Shown: in pieces, positions 27,141 through 35,750 of the stretch
Layout of the letters: each line of letters starts with the position of its first letter
How positions within the stretch are numbered: position 1 is the first letter of the stretch
Origin: a virus
Length of the DNA stretch: 64,000 nt
Reading direction: 5' to 3' (one strand)
Virus record (IMG/VR): IMGVR_UViG_3300023174_000050
Coordinates: 32,001-96,000 of that record
Position numbers and translations under genes: made by a program
The notes under the pieces: model-generated
What the model was told of the DNA's origin: nothing
The model's database searches: none
The model's input: only the letters and a program-made list of their open reading frames with translations

Positions 27141-27871
27141 TTTATGGTACCGGCAAATGGGCGCAATTAATAGGATCTAAATTAAAGGCTTTAAAAGTTG
27201 TTCCTGTTTACGTGGGTAGCAGAGTATCACCTGAAGTAATATCCCGAGACGAAGTAAAAAAAACTTCTTATCGGGATTTGCCTGTTTTCATTGCATCGGC
27301 AACCGAAACACATTTAGATGATCTAAAACATTGCTTGTGTATTAATCCTTCTAAGATATTTGTAGAAAAAGGATTTTGTAATAATCAAGAAAGACAAGAA
27401 GCCAATAATATAATTGGTTCAATACCTTCATTTTTATTATCCCAACATAGATATTCTTCAATTTTTGATTTGTTTATGAGTTCACAAGATGTTAATAAGA
27501 TACATAAGTGTACATATACATGGAAAATTGAAAAAGATAGTGTTTCGGAATATCTTTACCATTTATCATCAATAGATGGATTCCTTAGAAGAAAAAAAAT
27601 CGAAATTTATAGTAATGAATTTGGCACCAATACAATAGATGATGTGTCAAGTTATAGTGTGGTAAAAAGTCCATACAGACTTTTTAAAATAAATATAGAG
27701 TCATCAGTATATGACGCTACTTTTAAAATAGGCATATATAACAGTATGAATATGCGACCAAAAAATAGTAAACAAAAAATTGTTATGACTGCGTATTCGG
27801 AGGATACTGTAGGAAAAATGATTTATAATACTTTAGAAGAAAATAGTAAAATTAAACTTGAGAGGATATAA
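27128..27871 (+). CDS. putative NAD(P)-dependent oxidoreductase (Gfo/Idh/MocA-like), probable CTG start
   Basis: Frame open from 27104; GAGGAG 27115-27120 then CTG 27128; IVYGTGKWA Rossmann-like loop; FVEKG. Confidence 0.55.
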   Translation: MHAIVYGTGKWAQLIGSKLKALKVVPVYVGSRVSPEVISRDEVKKTSYRDLPVFIASATETHLDDLKHCLCINPSKIFVEKGFCNNQERQEANNIIGSIPSFLLSQHRYSSIFDLFMSSQDVNKIHKCTYTWKIEKDSVSEYLYHLSSIDGFLRRKKIEIYSNEFGTNTIDDVSSYSVVKSPYRLFKINIESSVYDATFKIGIYNSMNMRPKNSKQKIVMTAYSEDTVGKMIYNTLEENSKIKLERI

Positions 27872-28869
27872 TGAATATTTTAATTTTAGGCGGCGATGGT
27901 TTTATTGGATATCACCTAAGTGAATCTATTTTAAAAGATGATAGATTTAAAGATAGTACAATCACATCAGTTGATTTGTATAATAATCGTATACATATGC
28001 TACCCGAAGATAAACGATTAGTTTTTCATCAGTTAGATGTGTTAAAAGATAAAAATGAGATTGATACTTTAATAGCAAAGTGTGATGTATTATTACCTTT
28101 TGTTGCTATTGCCACTCCTAAGTTGTATGTGGAACAACCCATGCGAGTATTTGAATTAGATTTTGAAGAAAATCTTCGCGTAATTAAACTTGCGCAAAAA
28201 CTAGGTAAAAGAGTCCTGTTTCCATCTACATCCGAAGTATATGGTAAGGGCCAGGCTCCGTTCGATGAAGAAACAACTGATTTAGTATATGGTCCCATTA
28301 AATATTCCAGATGGATTTATGCTTGTTCTAAACAATTATTAGATCGTGTTATTTTTGCGTTGGATCAACGAGAAGGTATGCGTTTTACTTTGTTTAGACC
28401 ATTTAATTGGGTAGGTCCATATTTGGATTCTTTAGAGGCAACATCTGAAGGTTCTTCTAGATTAATTACTCAGTTAATAGGCGATTCCTTACAACGAGGT
28501 GAACTTACATTAGTAGATGGTGGACATCAAAAACGATGCTTTACAGATGTGCGTGACGGTGTAGCTGCTCTTAAAGAAATTCTTTTGAACGAAGACAAAA
28601 CTCAGGGCAAAATTTATAATATTGGCAATCCGTGGAACAATCTATCAGTGCGCGAAGTATCCGTTTTATTAGTTGACAAATTAAAAGAACGAGGAATGGT
28701 TGAGAATGTAGATATTAAGGTAAAATCCAGCGGAGATTTTTACGGTGCGGGATACCAAGATGTAAGTAATCGAGTACCTAGTATTAATGCTATTGGCAAC
28801 GATTTAAATTGGACTCCTAAATATTCATTTACAGATTCATTAACAAATATTCTTGATTCTATCAAATAA
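27871..28869 (+). CDS. ArnA-decarboxylase-like SDR (UDP-glucuronate decarboxylase)
   Basis: GGDGFIG, VFELDFEENL, FPSTSEVYG, RWIYACSKQLLDRVI, FRPFNW.GP, QKRCFT. Confidence 0.85.
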   Translation: MNILILGGDGFIGYHLSESILKDDRFKDSTITSVDLYNNRIHMLPEDKRLVFHQLDVLKDKNEIDTLIAKCDVLLPFVAIATPKLYVEQPMRVFELDFEENLRVIKLAQKLGKRVLFPSTSEVYGKGQAPFDEETTDLVYGPIKYSRWIYACSKQLLDRVIFALDQREGMRFTLFRPFNWVGPYLDSLEATSEGSSRLITQLIGDSLQRGELTLVDGGHQKRCFTDVRDGVAALKEILLNEDKTQGKIYNIGNPWNNLSVREVSVLLVDKLKERGMVENVDIKVKSSGDFYGAGYQDVSNRVPSINAIGNDLNWTPKYSFTDSLTNILDSIK

Positions 28870-28909
28870 AAAATCCTTTTGTAATATATAATGTATCAGG
28901 AGTTAATTA

Positions 28910-29167
28910 ATGCCTTTTTACGATCTTAAGTGTTCTGATTGTTCTAACATATTTGAGGTAATGTGTAAGTTTTCCGATAAGGAAAATCAACAATGCCCTT
29001 CCTGCAAATCATCAAACTACGAATCCCATCACACCTCAATGCAATTAGGTGATCCGGTACGTCTCGGCGTACGTACTATAGATAATGGGTTTCGAGAAGT
29101 GTTATCTAGGATTGGCGAAAGCAACGGTCGCCAGGCCAATCTTAAAGATAAATTGAGCAGACGCTAA
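28910..29167 (+). CDS. FmdB-family zinc-ribbon protein
   Basis: MPFYDLKCSDC...CPSC. Confidence 0.8.
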   Translation: MPFYDLKCSDCSNIFEVMCKFSDKENQQCPSCKSSNYESHHTSMQLGDPVRLGVRTIDNGFREVLSRIGESNGRQANLKDKLSRR

Positions 29168-29250
29168 TATATGATATTCCATTTTTTACTAACTCAGGGG
29201 GTCAATACTTAGCGATTGCCTCCTTACTTACTATTCTAAGAGGAAGCTAC

Positions 29251-30003
29251 ATGGCAAAAACAAGAACTAATGTTCAAACACAATCTAGTCAAACCCCTCA
29301 GTTAACGTTAGCAAATAACAAACTGAAATTATGTCTAGATGACATGAAAACAATAAAGCCATTAACAGAAAATCAGAAAGGATTCTTTGAAGCATACGAT
29401 AAATCTAAAGTAATGTTGTTGCACGGTGTTGCAGGAACAGGAAAAACTTATATTGCACTTTATCACGCATTGGAGGAAGTATTAGATAAACAAAATCAAT
29501 ATCAACGAGTAGTAATAGTAAGATCGGCAGTGCCGAGCAGGGATATAGGACATTTACCGGGGGACGAAAAAGAAAAGACAGAAGTATATACAGAACCATA
29601 TGTAGAAATATGTAAAGACTTATTCGATAGAACTGATGCATTTCAAAGATTGAGCGAGCAAAAAGCAGTTCAATTTATGATCACATCTTTTGTCAGAGGT
29701 ATAACTTTAAGTAATTCTATAATTTTAGTTGACGAATGCCAAAATATGACCGATATGGAATTAAATTCCATAATGACTAGAGTAGGCGTTAGATCTAAAA
29801 TTATATTTTGCGGAGATTTTAGACAAACCGATCTGTATAAGAAAACCGATATGTCTGGACTAAAGAAATTCATGGCTATCGCAGATATGATGCCTAGTTT
29901 TAAAACATTTGAATTTGGAATTGAAGATATAGTTAGATCCGCAATAGTTAAGGAATATATATTAGCAAGGCTAAAATATGAGAACCAATATGAATTGGCA
30001 TAA
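29251..30003 (+). CDS. phoH: PhoH-like ATPase
   Basis: GVAGTGKT, G.LPG, RGITL, DECQN, GDFRQTD, DIVRS. Confidence 0.95.
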   Translation: MAKTRTNVQTQSSQTPQLTLANNKLKLCLDDMKTIKPLTENQKGFFEAYDKSKVMLLHGVAGTGKTYIALYHALEEVLDKQNQYQRVVIVRSAVPSRDIGHLPGDEKEKTEVYTEPYVEICKDLFDRTDAFQRLSEQKAVQFMITSFVRGITLSNSIILVDECQNMTDMELNSIMTRVGVRSKIIFCGDFRQTDLYKKTDMSGLKKFMAIADMMPSFKTFEFGIEDIVRSAIVKEYILARLKYENQYELA

Positions 30004-30021
30004 CAACTATAAGGAGAATCT

Positions 30022-30648
30022 ATGAGTTTTGAGTTTGAATTCACAGAAGAAAAATTAAAGAAATGCGTATCGAAAAATAAAAATATTCATGATCTATACG
30101 AATCTTTGAATACTGTTTTACCTAAATACGATATAAACACCGTAGATAGAGTTGCGGCATTTCTTGCACAATGCGGACATGAATCTTTAGATTTTACTGT
30201 CCTGCAAGAAAATTTAAATTATGGTGCCAAGGGCTTACTGGGACTATTTAAAAAATATTTCCCAAATGAGGCATTGGCAAAAGAATATGAGAGAAAACCT
30301 GAAAAAATTGCAAATAAAATTTATGCAAACAGAATGGGGAATGGCCCCGAGTCGTCTGGCGATGGCTGGGCACACCGTGGGCGCGGGGCCATTCAACTTA
30401 CAGGTAAATTGAATTACCAAGCATTTGCAAACTCGATAGGGTTAACTTTAGAAGATGCAATACAATATTGTGAAACTATGGATGGTGCTATAGAATCAGC
30501 ATGTTGGTTTTGGAATAAAAATAAATTGAACGCAATTGCCGATAAAAATGATATTGTACTATTGACAAAAAAGATCAATGGTGGTACAATAGGTTTAGAA
30601 GACCGTAAAAAACATTGGGAACATAATAAAGAAGTTCTCGCAAACTAA
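30022..30648 (+). CDS. GH19 endolysin
   Basis: AAFLAQCGHES, ENLNY, RGRGAIQLTG, TKKINGG..GLEDR. Confidence 0.9.
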   Translation: MSFEFEFTEEKLKKCVSKNKNIHDLYESLNTVLPKYDINTVDRVAAFLAQCGHESLDFTVLQENLNYGAKGLLGLFKKYFPNEALAKEYERKPEKIANKIYANRMGNGPESSGDGWAHRGRGAIQLTGKLNYQAFANSIGLTLEDAIQYCETMDGAIESACWFWNKNKLNAIADKNDIVLLTKKINGGTIGLEDRKKHWEHNKEVLAN

Positions 30649-30663
30649 AAGGAAACTTATATT

Positions 30664-31014
30664 ATGAGTATGGAAAGTGATGTTAAAACATTTCTCGACG
30701 CTTGCGAACAAAAACCAAGCGTCGAGAATATTTTGCTTTATTATGATTTAATTAAGGAAGAATATAAAGAATTTTTAGACGCAGTCATTGCTGAAGATAA
30801 TATAGAACAACTTGATGCGTGTATGGATATGATCTGGGTTATACTTGGTTATTGCCATATGAAAGGTTGGAATATTCATGGTGCATGGAATGAAGTTGCA
30901 ACATCTAATCTTTGGAAAATTGATGCGAAGACAGGCAAGGTTATTCGACGCGAAGATGGTAAAATTTTAAAGCCAGAAGGTTGGACTCCTCCAGACTTAA
31001 CTAAATTTATATAA
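30664..31014 (+). CDS. MazG-like nucleotide pyrophosphohydrolase
   Basis: LIKEEYKE, LDACMD, EVATSNLWK, REDGKILKP. Confidence 0.8.
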   Translation: MSMESDVKTFLDACEQKPSVENILLYYDLIKEEYKEFLDAVIAEDNIEQLDACMDMIWVILGYCHMKGWNIHGAWNEVATSNLWKIDAKTGKVIRREDGKILKPEGWTPPDLTKFI

Positions 31015-31667
31015 TGTTTAATCATGTGGAATGTGTGTTGCCCGCACTAAGTCGAGTTACTTCGGATGACGGTACCCGAGTATATCAAACACCGACAGGC
31101 AAAAAATATCCCTCTGTAACAACAGTAACAGGGTTATTAAAAAAACAAGCAATAATGGAATGGAGAAAACGTGTTGGCGAAGCGGAAGCCAATAAAATCT
31201 CAAGTACGGCTGCACGCCGAGGAACTCGTATTCATACTTTATGCGAAACTCATCTAAACAATATTCCAGTAGAATGTTCAATGTTTGATCTAGATTTATG
31301 GAATTCCGTTAAACCGCATCTGTCAAAAATAAATAATATATACGCGCTGGAAAAAACTCTTTATTCTGACCATTTACAAGTTGCGGGTACTGTGGATTGT
31401 ATTGCAGAATATGAAGGTAAGATGTCTGTTATAGATTTTAAAACATCTAAAAAAATAAAAACTAGAGATGACATTCATGATTATTTTATGCAATGTTCAG
31501 CATATGCAGTCGCATTTGAAGAAATGACAAAAATTCCAGTACCTCAAATAGTTATTATAATAGCAGTAGATGAATCCGAACCTTTAATCTTTATAGAAAA
31601 AAGAAATGCATGGATAGAAGGATTTAAAGATTTAAGATTAGAATATAAGAAATGGAAGGGTATATAA
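31014..31667 (+). CDS. PD-(D/E)xK exonuclease
   Basis: YPSVTT, RGT.IH, LE, GTVDCI, IDFKTS, Q..AY. Confidence 0.85.
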   Translation: MFNHVECVLPALSRVTSDDGTRVYQTPTGKKYPSVTTVTGLLKKQAIMEWRKRVGEAEANKISSTAARRGTRIHTLCETHLNNIPVECSMFDLDLWNSVKPHLSKINNIYALEKTLYSDHLQVAGTVDCIAEYEGKMSVIDFKTSKKIKTRDDIHDYFMQCSAYAVAFEEMTKIPVPQIVIIIAVDESEPLIFIEKRNAWIEGFKDLRLEYKKWKGI

Positions 31668-32263
31668 TGTCTTTTAGTACAGATTTATATGAGGTAGTCC
31701 GAGGTGTTGTTTCTCCAGAATTATGCGAGCATCTCGATATACAATTTGAATTAGTAAAAAAATTAATGTATTTACAGGGCGGGCAAAGCGAAGAAAATAA
31801 ATTTATGTTTGGTGACGCGCAAGTTACAAATAGTTTTGCATATTACTCAGCTTTATGTTTTGAATCATTGTCATTACAACTACAACCCCTAATGGAAGAG
31901 ATTACAGGCAAATCTTTATATCCAACATATACATATGCAAGGATTTATTATAATGGTGCAGTTATGACTGAGCATACCGATAGACCCAGTTGCGAATATT
32001 CTGCAACTATTAATATTTCTAATGATGAGGAACCATGGGATATCTGGTTTGATAATCTTAAAGGTAATAGATTTCCTATTAAGTTATATCCAGGGGATCT
32101 CATTGTATATAAAGGCGATATATTACCCCATTGGAGAGATGCTTACGAAGGCCAACGACAAACGCAGGCTTTTTTACACTATGTAGATAAAAAAGGTAAA
32201 CATAGAGATTATAAATGGGATCATAGACAATATATAGGATTGCCAGCTAACACAAAAAGGTGA
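31667..32263 (+). CDS. 2OG-Fe(II) oxygenase-like protein
   Basis: HTDR.SCE, GDLIVY, HWR. Confidence 0.8.
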   Translation: MSFSTDLYEVVRGVVSPELCEHLDIQFELVKKLMYLQGGQSEENKFMFGDAQVTNSFAYYSALCFESLSLQLQPLMEEITGKSLYPTYTYARIYYNGAVMTEHTDRPSCEYSATINISNDEEPWDIWFDNLKGNRFPIKLYPGDLIVYKGDILPHWRDAYEGQRQTQAFLHYVDKKGKHRDYKWDHRQYIGLPANTKR

Positions 32264-32267
32264 TAAC

Positions 32268-32801
32268 ATGAGTACATTAAAAGAATTAACTGCAGAAAAA
32301 CATACAGAAGCAGAAACACAACCTTTTCTAAAATCTATTTTTGAAGGCAATGTCGATAAAGATAAGTATACCTCATATCTTTATCAATTACTTTATGTAT
32401 ATCAAGTATTAGAATTTTATGGCGACAATCATAAATTATTTGCAGGTATAGAAGATATAAAACGATCAAAACAAATGGAATTAGATTGGATATCTTTGAA
32501 AGGCGAAAAGGGCGAACCTGAACATATATTTCATTCTACTCAAAAGTATGTTAATTATATACATAGCATAAAAGATGATAAAAATAAACTAATGGCCCAT
32601 ATCTATGTTAGACATATGGGGGATTTATTTGGGGGACAAATGCTAGCGAAATTGTTACCTGGACCAAATAATATGTTTAAGTTTAATGATATTCCTAAAT
32701 TAGTAAAAGGTGTAAGAGAAAAGATTGATGTATCTCTTGCAGAAGAAGCTAACATAGCATTTGGTCATAATATTAATATGATAAAGGATTTTAATGATTG
32801 A
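32268..32801 (+). CDS. ho1: heme oxygenase
   Basis: LKELT.EKH..AE proximal His; HIYVRHMGDLFGGQML. Confidence 0.9.
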   Translation: MSTLKELTAEKHTEAETQPFLKSIFEGNVDKDKYTSYLYQLLYVYQVLEFYGDNHKLFAGIEDIKRSKQMELDWISLKGEKGEPEHIFHSTQKYVNYIHSIKDDKNKLMAHIYVRHMGDLFGGQMLAKLLPGPNNMFKFNDIPKLVKGVREKIDVSLAEEANIAFGHNINMIKDFND

Positions 32802-33465
32802 CGTATTTCCTCAGGCAAATAAACTTGCACAAAGTATAATTGATAAATTTGGACTTTATAAAGTAGAACAAATCGATCCAAGGTATACGCATAACGATGT
32901 AGACTTTACTTGGGATAATTATATTTGGTCAGATAAAAAATTCCGAAGAGCTCACATAGAAATAGTGGATGCATCTGAGACAAAAAAGATGTGGGTTATG
33001 CATATGTGTATTTTCCCTCACTATAATTGCCCAGATCCTATATTTGGGTTTGATATAGTATGCGGCAAAAACAAAATTACTGGGGCATTCCACGATTTTT
33101 CTAAAGTCGGAGATTCTCAAATGTATACATGGTATAATAGAAAAATGGAAACATTGAAGTGGTCCAAAGGCAGAGAATTGCCAGATTGGGCAAAAAGAAT
33201 CTTTAGTCCGCAGATGTTAGCTGCTGGCAATATTCAAACACAAGAAGAATTTGATCAACTTAAGAATACGGTTATTGACAATCTTAACTATTACCTATAT
33301 AATGTAGGAGTACCTTATGCCTCAGCCGACTATTCGGAACAGCATGATTACTATTGTAGGAATCAAAAATTGAATCCCCATACCCCGGCAATGATGGTTA
33401 ACTTTGGAGTAGAAAAACAAACATTTATGGACTTTATGGATGATGTGTTGTTTCAGGAAAAATGA
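32794..33465 (+). CDS. ferredoxin-dependent bilin reductase (PcyA/PcyX-like)
   Basis: FRRAHIE, MHMCIFP, PIFGFD, GAFHDFS, ELPDWAK.IFS, Q..NPHT. Confidence 0.8.
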   Translation: MIDVFPQANKLAQSIIDKFGLYKVEQIDPRYTHNDVDFTWDNYIWSDKKFRRAHIEIVDASETKKMWVMHMCIFPHYNCPDPIFGFDIVCGKNKITGAFHDFSKVGDSQMYTWYNRKMETLKWSKGRELPDWAKRIFSPQMLAAGNIQTQEEFDQLKNTVIDNLNYYLYNVGVPYASADYSEQHDYYCRNQKLNPHTPAMMVNFGVEKQTFMDFMDDVLFQEK

Positions 33466-33728
33466 ACGAAGAATTAGAATACATATTAACAGATAGTTTG
33501 ATTATAACTAAAAAATTTAGATCTCCCAATGAATTTTCCTTATATATTGAGGAACGAGTTATGCGAGAAAGTATTGGATATATGGATGCAATTATACAAT
33601 ATTGCGGAGAGGTCGATATAGATGTGGAATCCATATCTAAATTAATTAATCAGTCTTTAAAAGACAAAGTACAAATAGAAGCAGAAGACGGTAACTATTT
33701 TAAAAAGAGAGGGAAATTACCCCTGTGA
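33462..33728 (+). CDS. gp33: late transcription coactivator
   Basis: F...IE......YMDAI..YC....D.E......LK.K...EA; sits before gp59. Confidence 0.85.
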   Translation: MNEELEYILTDSLIITKKFRSPNEFSLYIEERVMRESIGYMDAIIQYCGEVDIDVESISKLINQSLKDKVQIEAEDGNYFKKRGKLPL

Positions 33729-34354
33729 TTATGACCGAATACTCAGTGTATAAAATGTACCTAGCATTGAAACTACATTTTACTACCGAAAATTATGATG
33801 TTATAGCTCAACGAGGAAAAGTTAGAGCAAGCAAACAGGCATTTGCCAAACGTAAAGATTTATTCTCAATTAAAAAAGTAGCCAAAACATACTCAGATGA
33901 AGAGGTAGCGAATTTCCTAGTTGCTAATTTTACATCAGGAGATCGTTGGGGTGGCCTATTTGATTCTGAAGCAAGCGAAAGATATGCAGAGTGGAAAAAA
34001 CGCATAGAAAGTTTGACTTATATTTTTACTAATGATTTGAATAATCTAGTTGAAGATTTAGAACAAGATAACAAAATTTTTGAAGATGCTTTTAAAATCA
34101 CAAAAGCACAACACCCATATATAATTAAAGCATTTCTTAGAAAAACGATAACACTGGAAACTTTAGTTATTCTGGAAAAGATAAATCCTTTTTTAGAAAA
34201 ATTTGATCAAGAACTTAATAATGACATTATGTGGCCAGATATATCAAGACTGATGAGAAAATATAAACCGTTTTTACAGTTTGATAAGGAAAAGTATAAT
34301 GCAATACTTAGACGAAGAGTTGGACATGACAAATCAAAAGATACAAAATCTTGA
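33725..34354 (+). CDS. gp59: helicase loader
   Basis: Y.MYLALKLHFT..NYD, F.KRKD, ITLET; synteny 33-59-32. Confidence 0.9.
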   Translation: MIMTEYSVYKMYLALKLHFTTENYDVIAQRGKVRASKQAFAKRKDLFSIKKVAKTYSDEEVANFLVANFTSGDRWGGLFDSEASERYAEWKKRIESLTYIFTNDLNNLVEDLEQDNKIFEDAFKITKAQHPYIIKAFLRKTITLETLVILEKINPFLEKFDQELNNDIMWPDISRLMRKYKPFLQFDKEKYNAILRRRVGHDKSKDTKS

Positions 34355-34511
34355 AAAAGAGATTGCGTATACTAGAGAATTATTAGGGCAAACAATAGAA
34401 TCATTAAAGGAAACTCAAAGGTACCTTATGAAGCTAGCATATAATCAAGCGGATGTTACGAAAAAGGTCTCTCATTGGCCGTTTATTGTAGTATCTGAAA
34501 AAGACGAATAA
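34326..34511 (+). CDS. small coiled-coil hypothetical protein
   Basis: Coupled ORF. Confidence 0.55.
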   Translation: MTNQKIQNLEKEIAYTRELLGQTIESLKETQRYLMKLAYNQADVTKKVSHWPFIVVSEKDE

Positions 34512-34535
34512 TATAGGAGTTTATTAAAATTTAAA

Positions 34536-34721
34536 ATGAGTAATAAGAAAAGAAACGATGACTTTGATAGAGAAAAAAAGTTTCGGGCAATTAAGAAGAA
34601 AAATGCTGTTGACAAGCATCGAAATCTTATATATAATATAGCATCATCTAAAAAAACAGATGATGACAATGGCGAGTTAGATTATGATTATGCGACAGTA
34701 CTCAAAATCAAACGACGTTAA
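34536..34721 (+). CDS. small hypothetical protein
   Basis: 61 aa ORF upstream of gp32. Confidence 0.5.
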   Translation: MSNKKRNDDFDREKKFRAIKKKNAVDKHRNLIYNIASSKKTDDDNGELDYDYATVLKIKRR

Positions 34722-34764
34722 TACAAACATACTTTTTATACACCGCTAATACGAAAGGCACATT

Positions 34765-35703
34765 ATGGCATTCACATCACTATCAGATCTTAGAAAATCC
34801 CGCGGAGGATTTGACTCTTTAATGAAAGAGGTCGAAAAGATCGCAAATCCCCAAGCAGAATCTCGAGGCGCTGATGATCGCTTCTGGTCTCCAGAAGTAG
34901 ATAAAGCAGGCAACGGTTATGCTGTTATTCGATTTTTACCTGCACCTAAAGGCGAAGACTTGCCTTGGGTTAGAGTTTGGAATCATGGATTTCAAGGTCC
35001 AGGCGGTAAATGGTACATCGAAAATTCTTTAACTTCTATAGGTAAAGCAGATCCAGTTTCTGAACACAACACAGAACTATGGAACTCTGGCTCGGAAGCA
35101 AATAAGGAAATTGCTCGTAAACAAAAGCGCAAGCTAAGTTATACAACTAATATTTTAATTGTTAAAGACCCAGCTCATCCAGAGAATGAAGGTAAAGTAT
35201 TTCTTTATAAATTTGGTAAGAAGATCTTCGATAAAATTAAAGACATGGCTGAGCCACAATTCCAAGATGAAAAACCAATTAATGTGTTTGATTTTTGGGA
35301 AGGCGCAAACTTCAAGCTAAAGATTCGTCAGGTTGAAGGTTATCGTAATTATGACAAATCTGAATTTGAGGCTGCTAGCTCCATTTCAGAAAAAGATGAA
35401 GATATTGAAGCTATCTGGAGCAAGCAACATTCTTTGACACAGTTCTTGGATGAGAAACATTTTAAATCTTATGACGAATTGAAGAAAAAATTCGAAATGG
35501 TTATGGGTTTAAGTGGCAATTCTGTACCAGGTAAGCGCGCGGAAGAAATTGATCTAGATAATCAATTACCTACATTAAAAGCAGTTAATTCTACGCCTAT
35601 GCCAAATACAGAAAAGGCGCCTGTTAAAGCGCCAGCTAAAGAAGTAGATTTTGATGATGACGATGAGTCTTTATCCTACTTTGCCAAATTAGCTGAAGAT
35701 TAA
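34765..35703 (+). CDS. gp32: single-stranded DNA-binding protein
   Basis: GNGYAVIRFLP, WYIENSL, YKFGKKIFDKI, GANFKLK, acidic tail ...YFAKLAED. Confidence 0.95.
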   Translation: MAFTSLSDLRKSRGGFDSLMKEVEKIANPQAESRGADDRFWSPEVDKAGNGYAVIRFLPAPKGEDLPWVRVWNHGFQGPGGKWYIENSLTSIGKADPVSEHNTELWNSGSEANKEIARKQKRKLSYTTNILIVKDPAHPENEGKVFLYKFGKKIFDKIKDMAEPQFQDEKPINVFDFWEGANFKLKIRQVEGYRNYDKSEFEAASSISEKDEDIEAIWSKQHSLTQFLDEKHFKSYDELKKKFEMVMGLSGNSVPGKRAEEIDLDNQLPTLKAVNSTPMPNTEKAPVKAPAKEVDFDDDDESLSYFAKLAED

Positions 35704-35722
35704 AAATCTTTAGCTCAATTAG

Positions 35723-35746
35723 ACCCCGCCTAGTGCGGGGTTTTTT
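35723..35746. terminator. terminator between convergent gp32 and tail module
   Basis: ACCCCGC-ctagt-GCGGGGT plus T-run. Confidence 0.85.
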
Positions 35747-35750
35747 AATG

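Noticed and set aside
9900-29250. Pho boxes upstream of the plcP-like gene or phoH
   Set aside because: No convincing CTGTCAT-type 11-nt-spaced direct repeat found
29168-29250. SD-sequestering hairpin upstream of phoH
   Set aside because: Pairing (TCCTTA...TAAGAGGA) is short and imperfect, not distinguishable from chance
32268-33465. Calling the phage a cyanophage because of ho1 and a bilin reductase
   Set aside because: No psbA, hli or cpeT in the window and these genes also occur in non-cyanobacterial phages; host left unassigned
20223-35703. Introns or inteins in core replication genes
   Set aside because: Lengths are typical; no intein termini or frame interruptions
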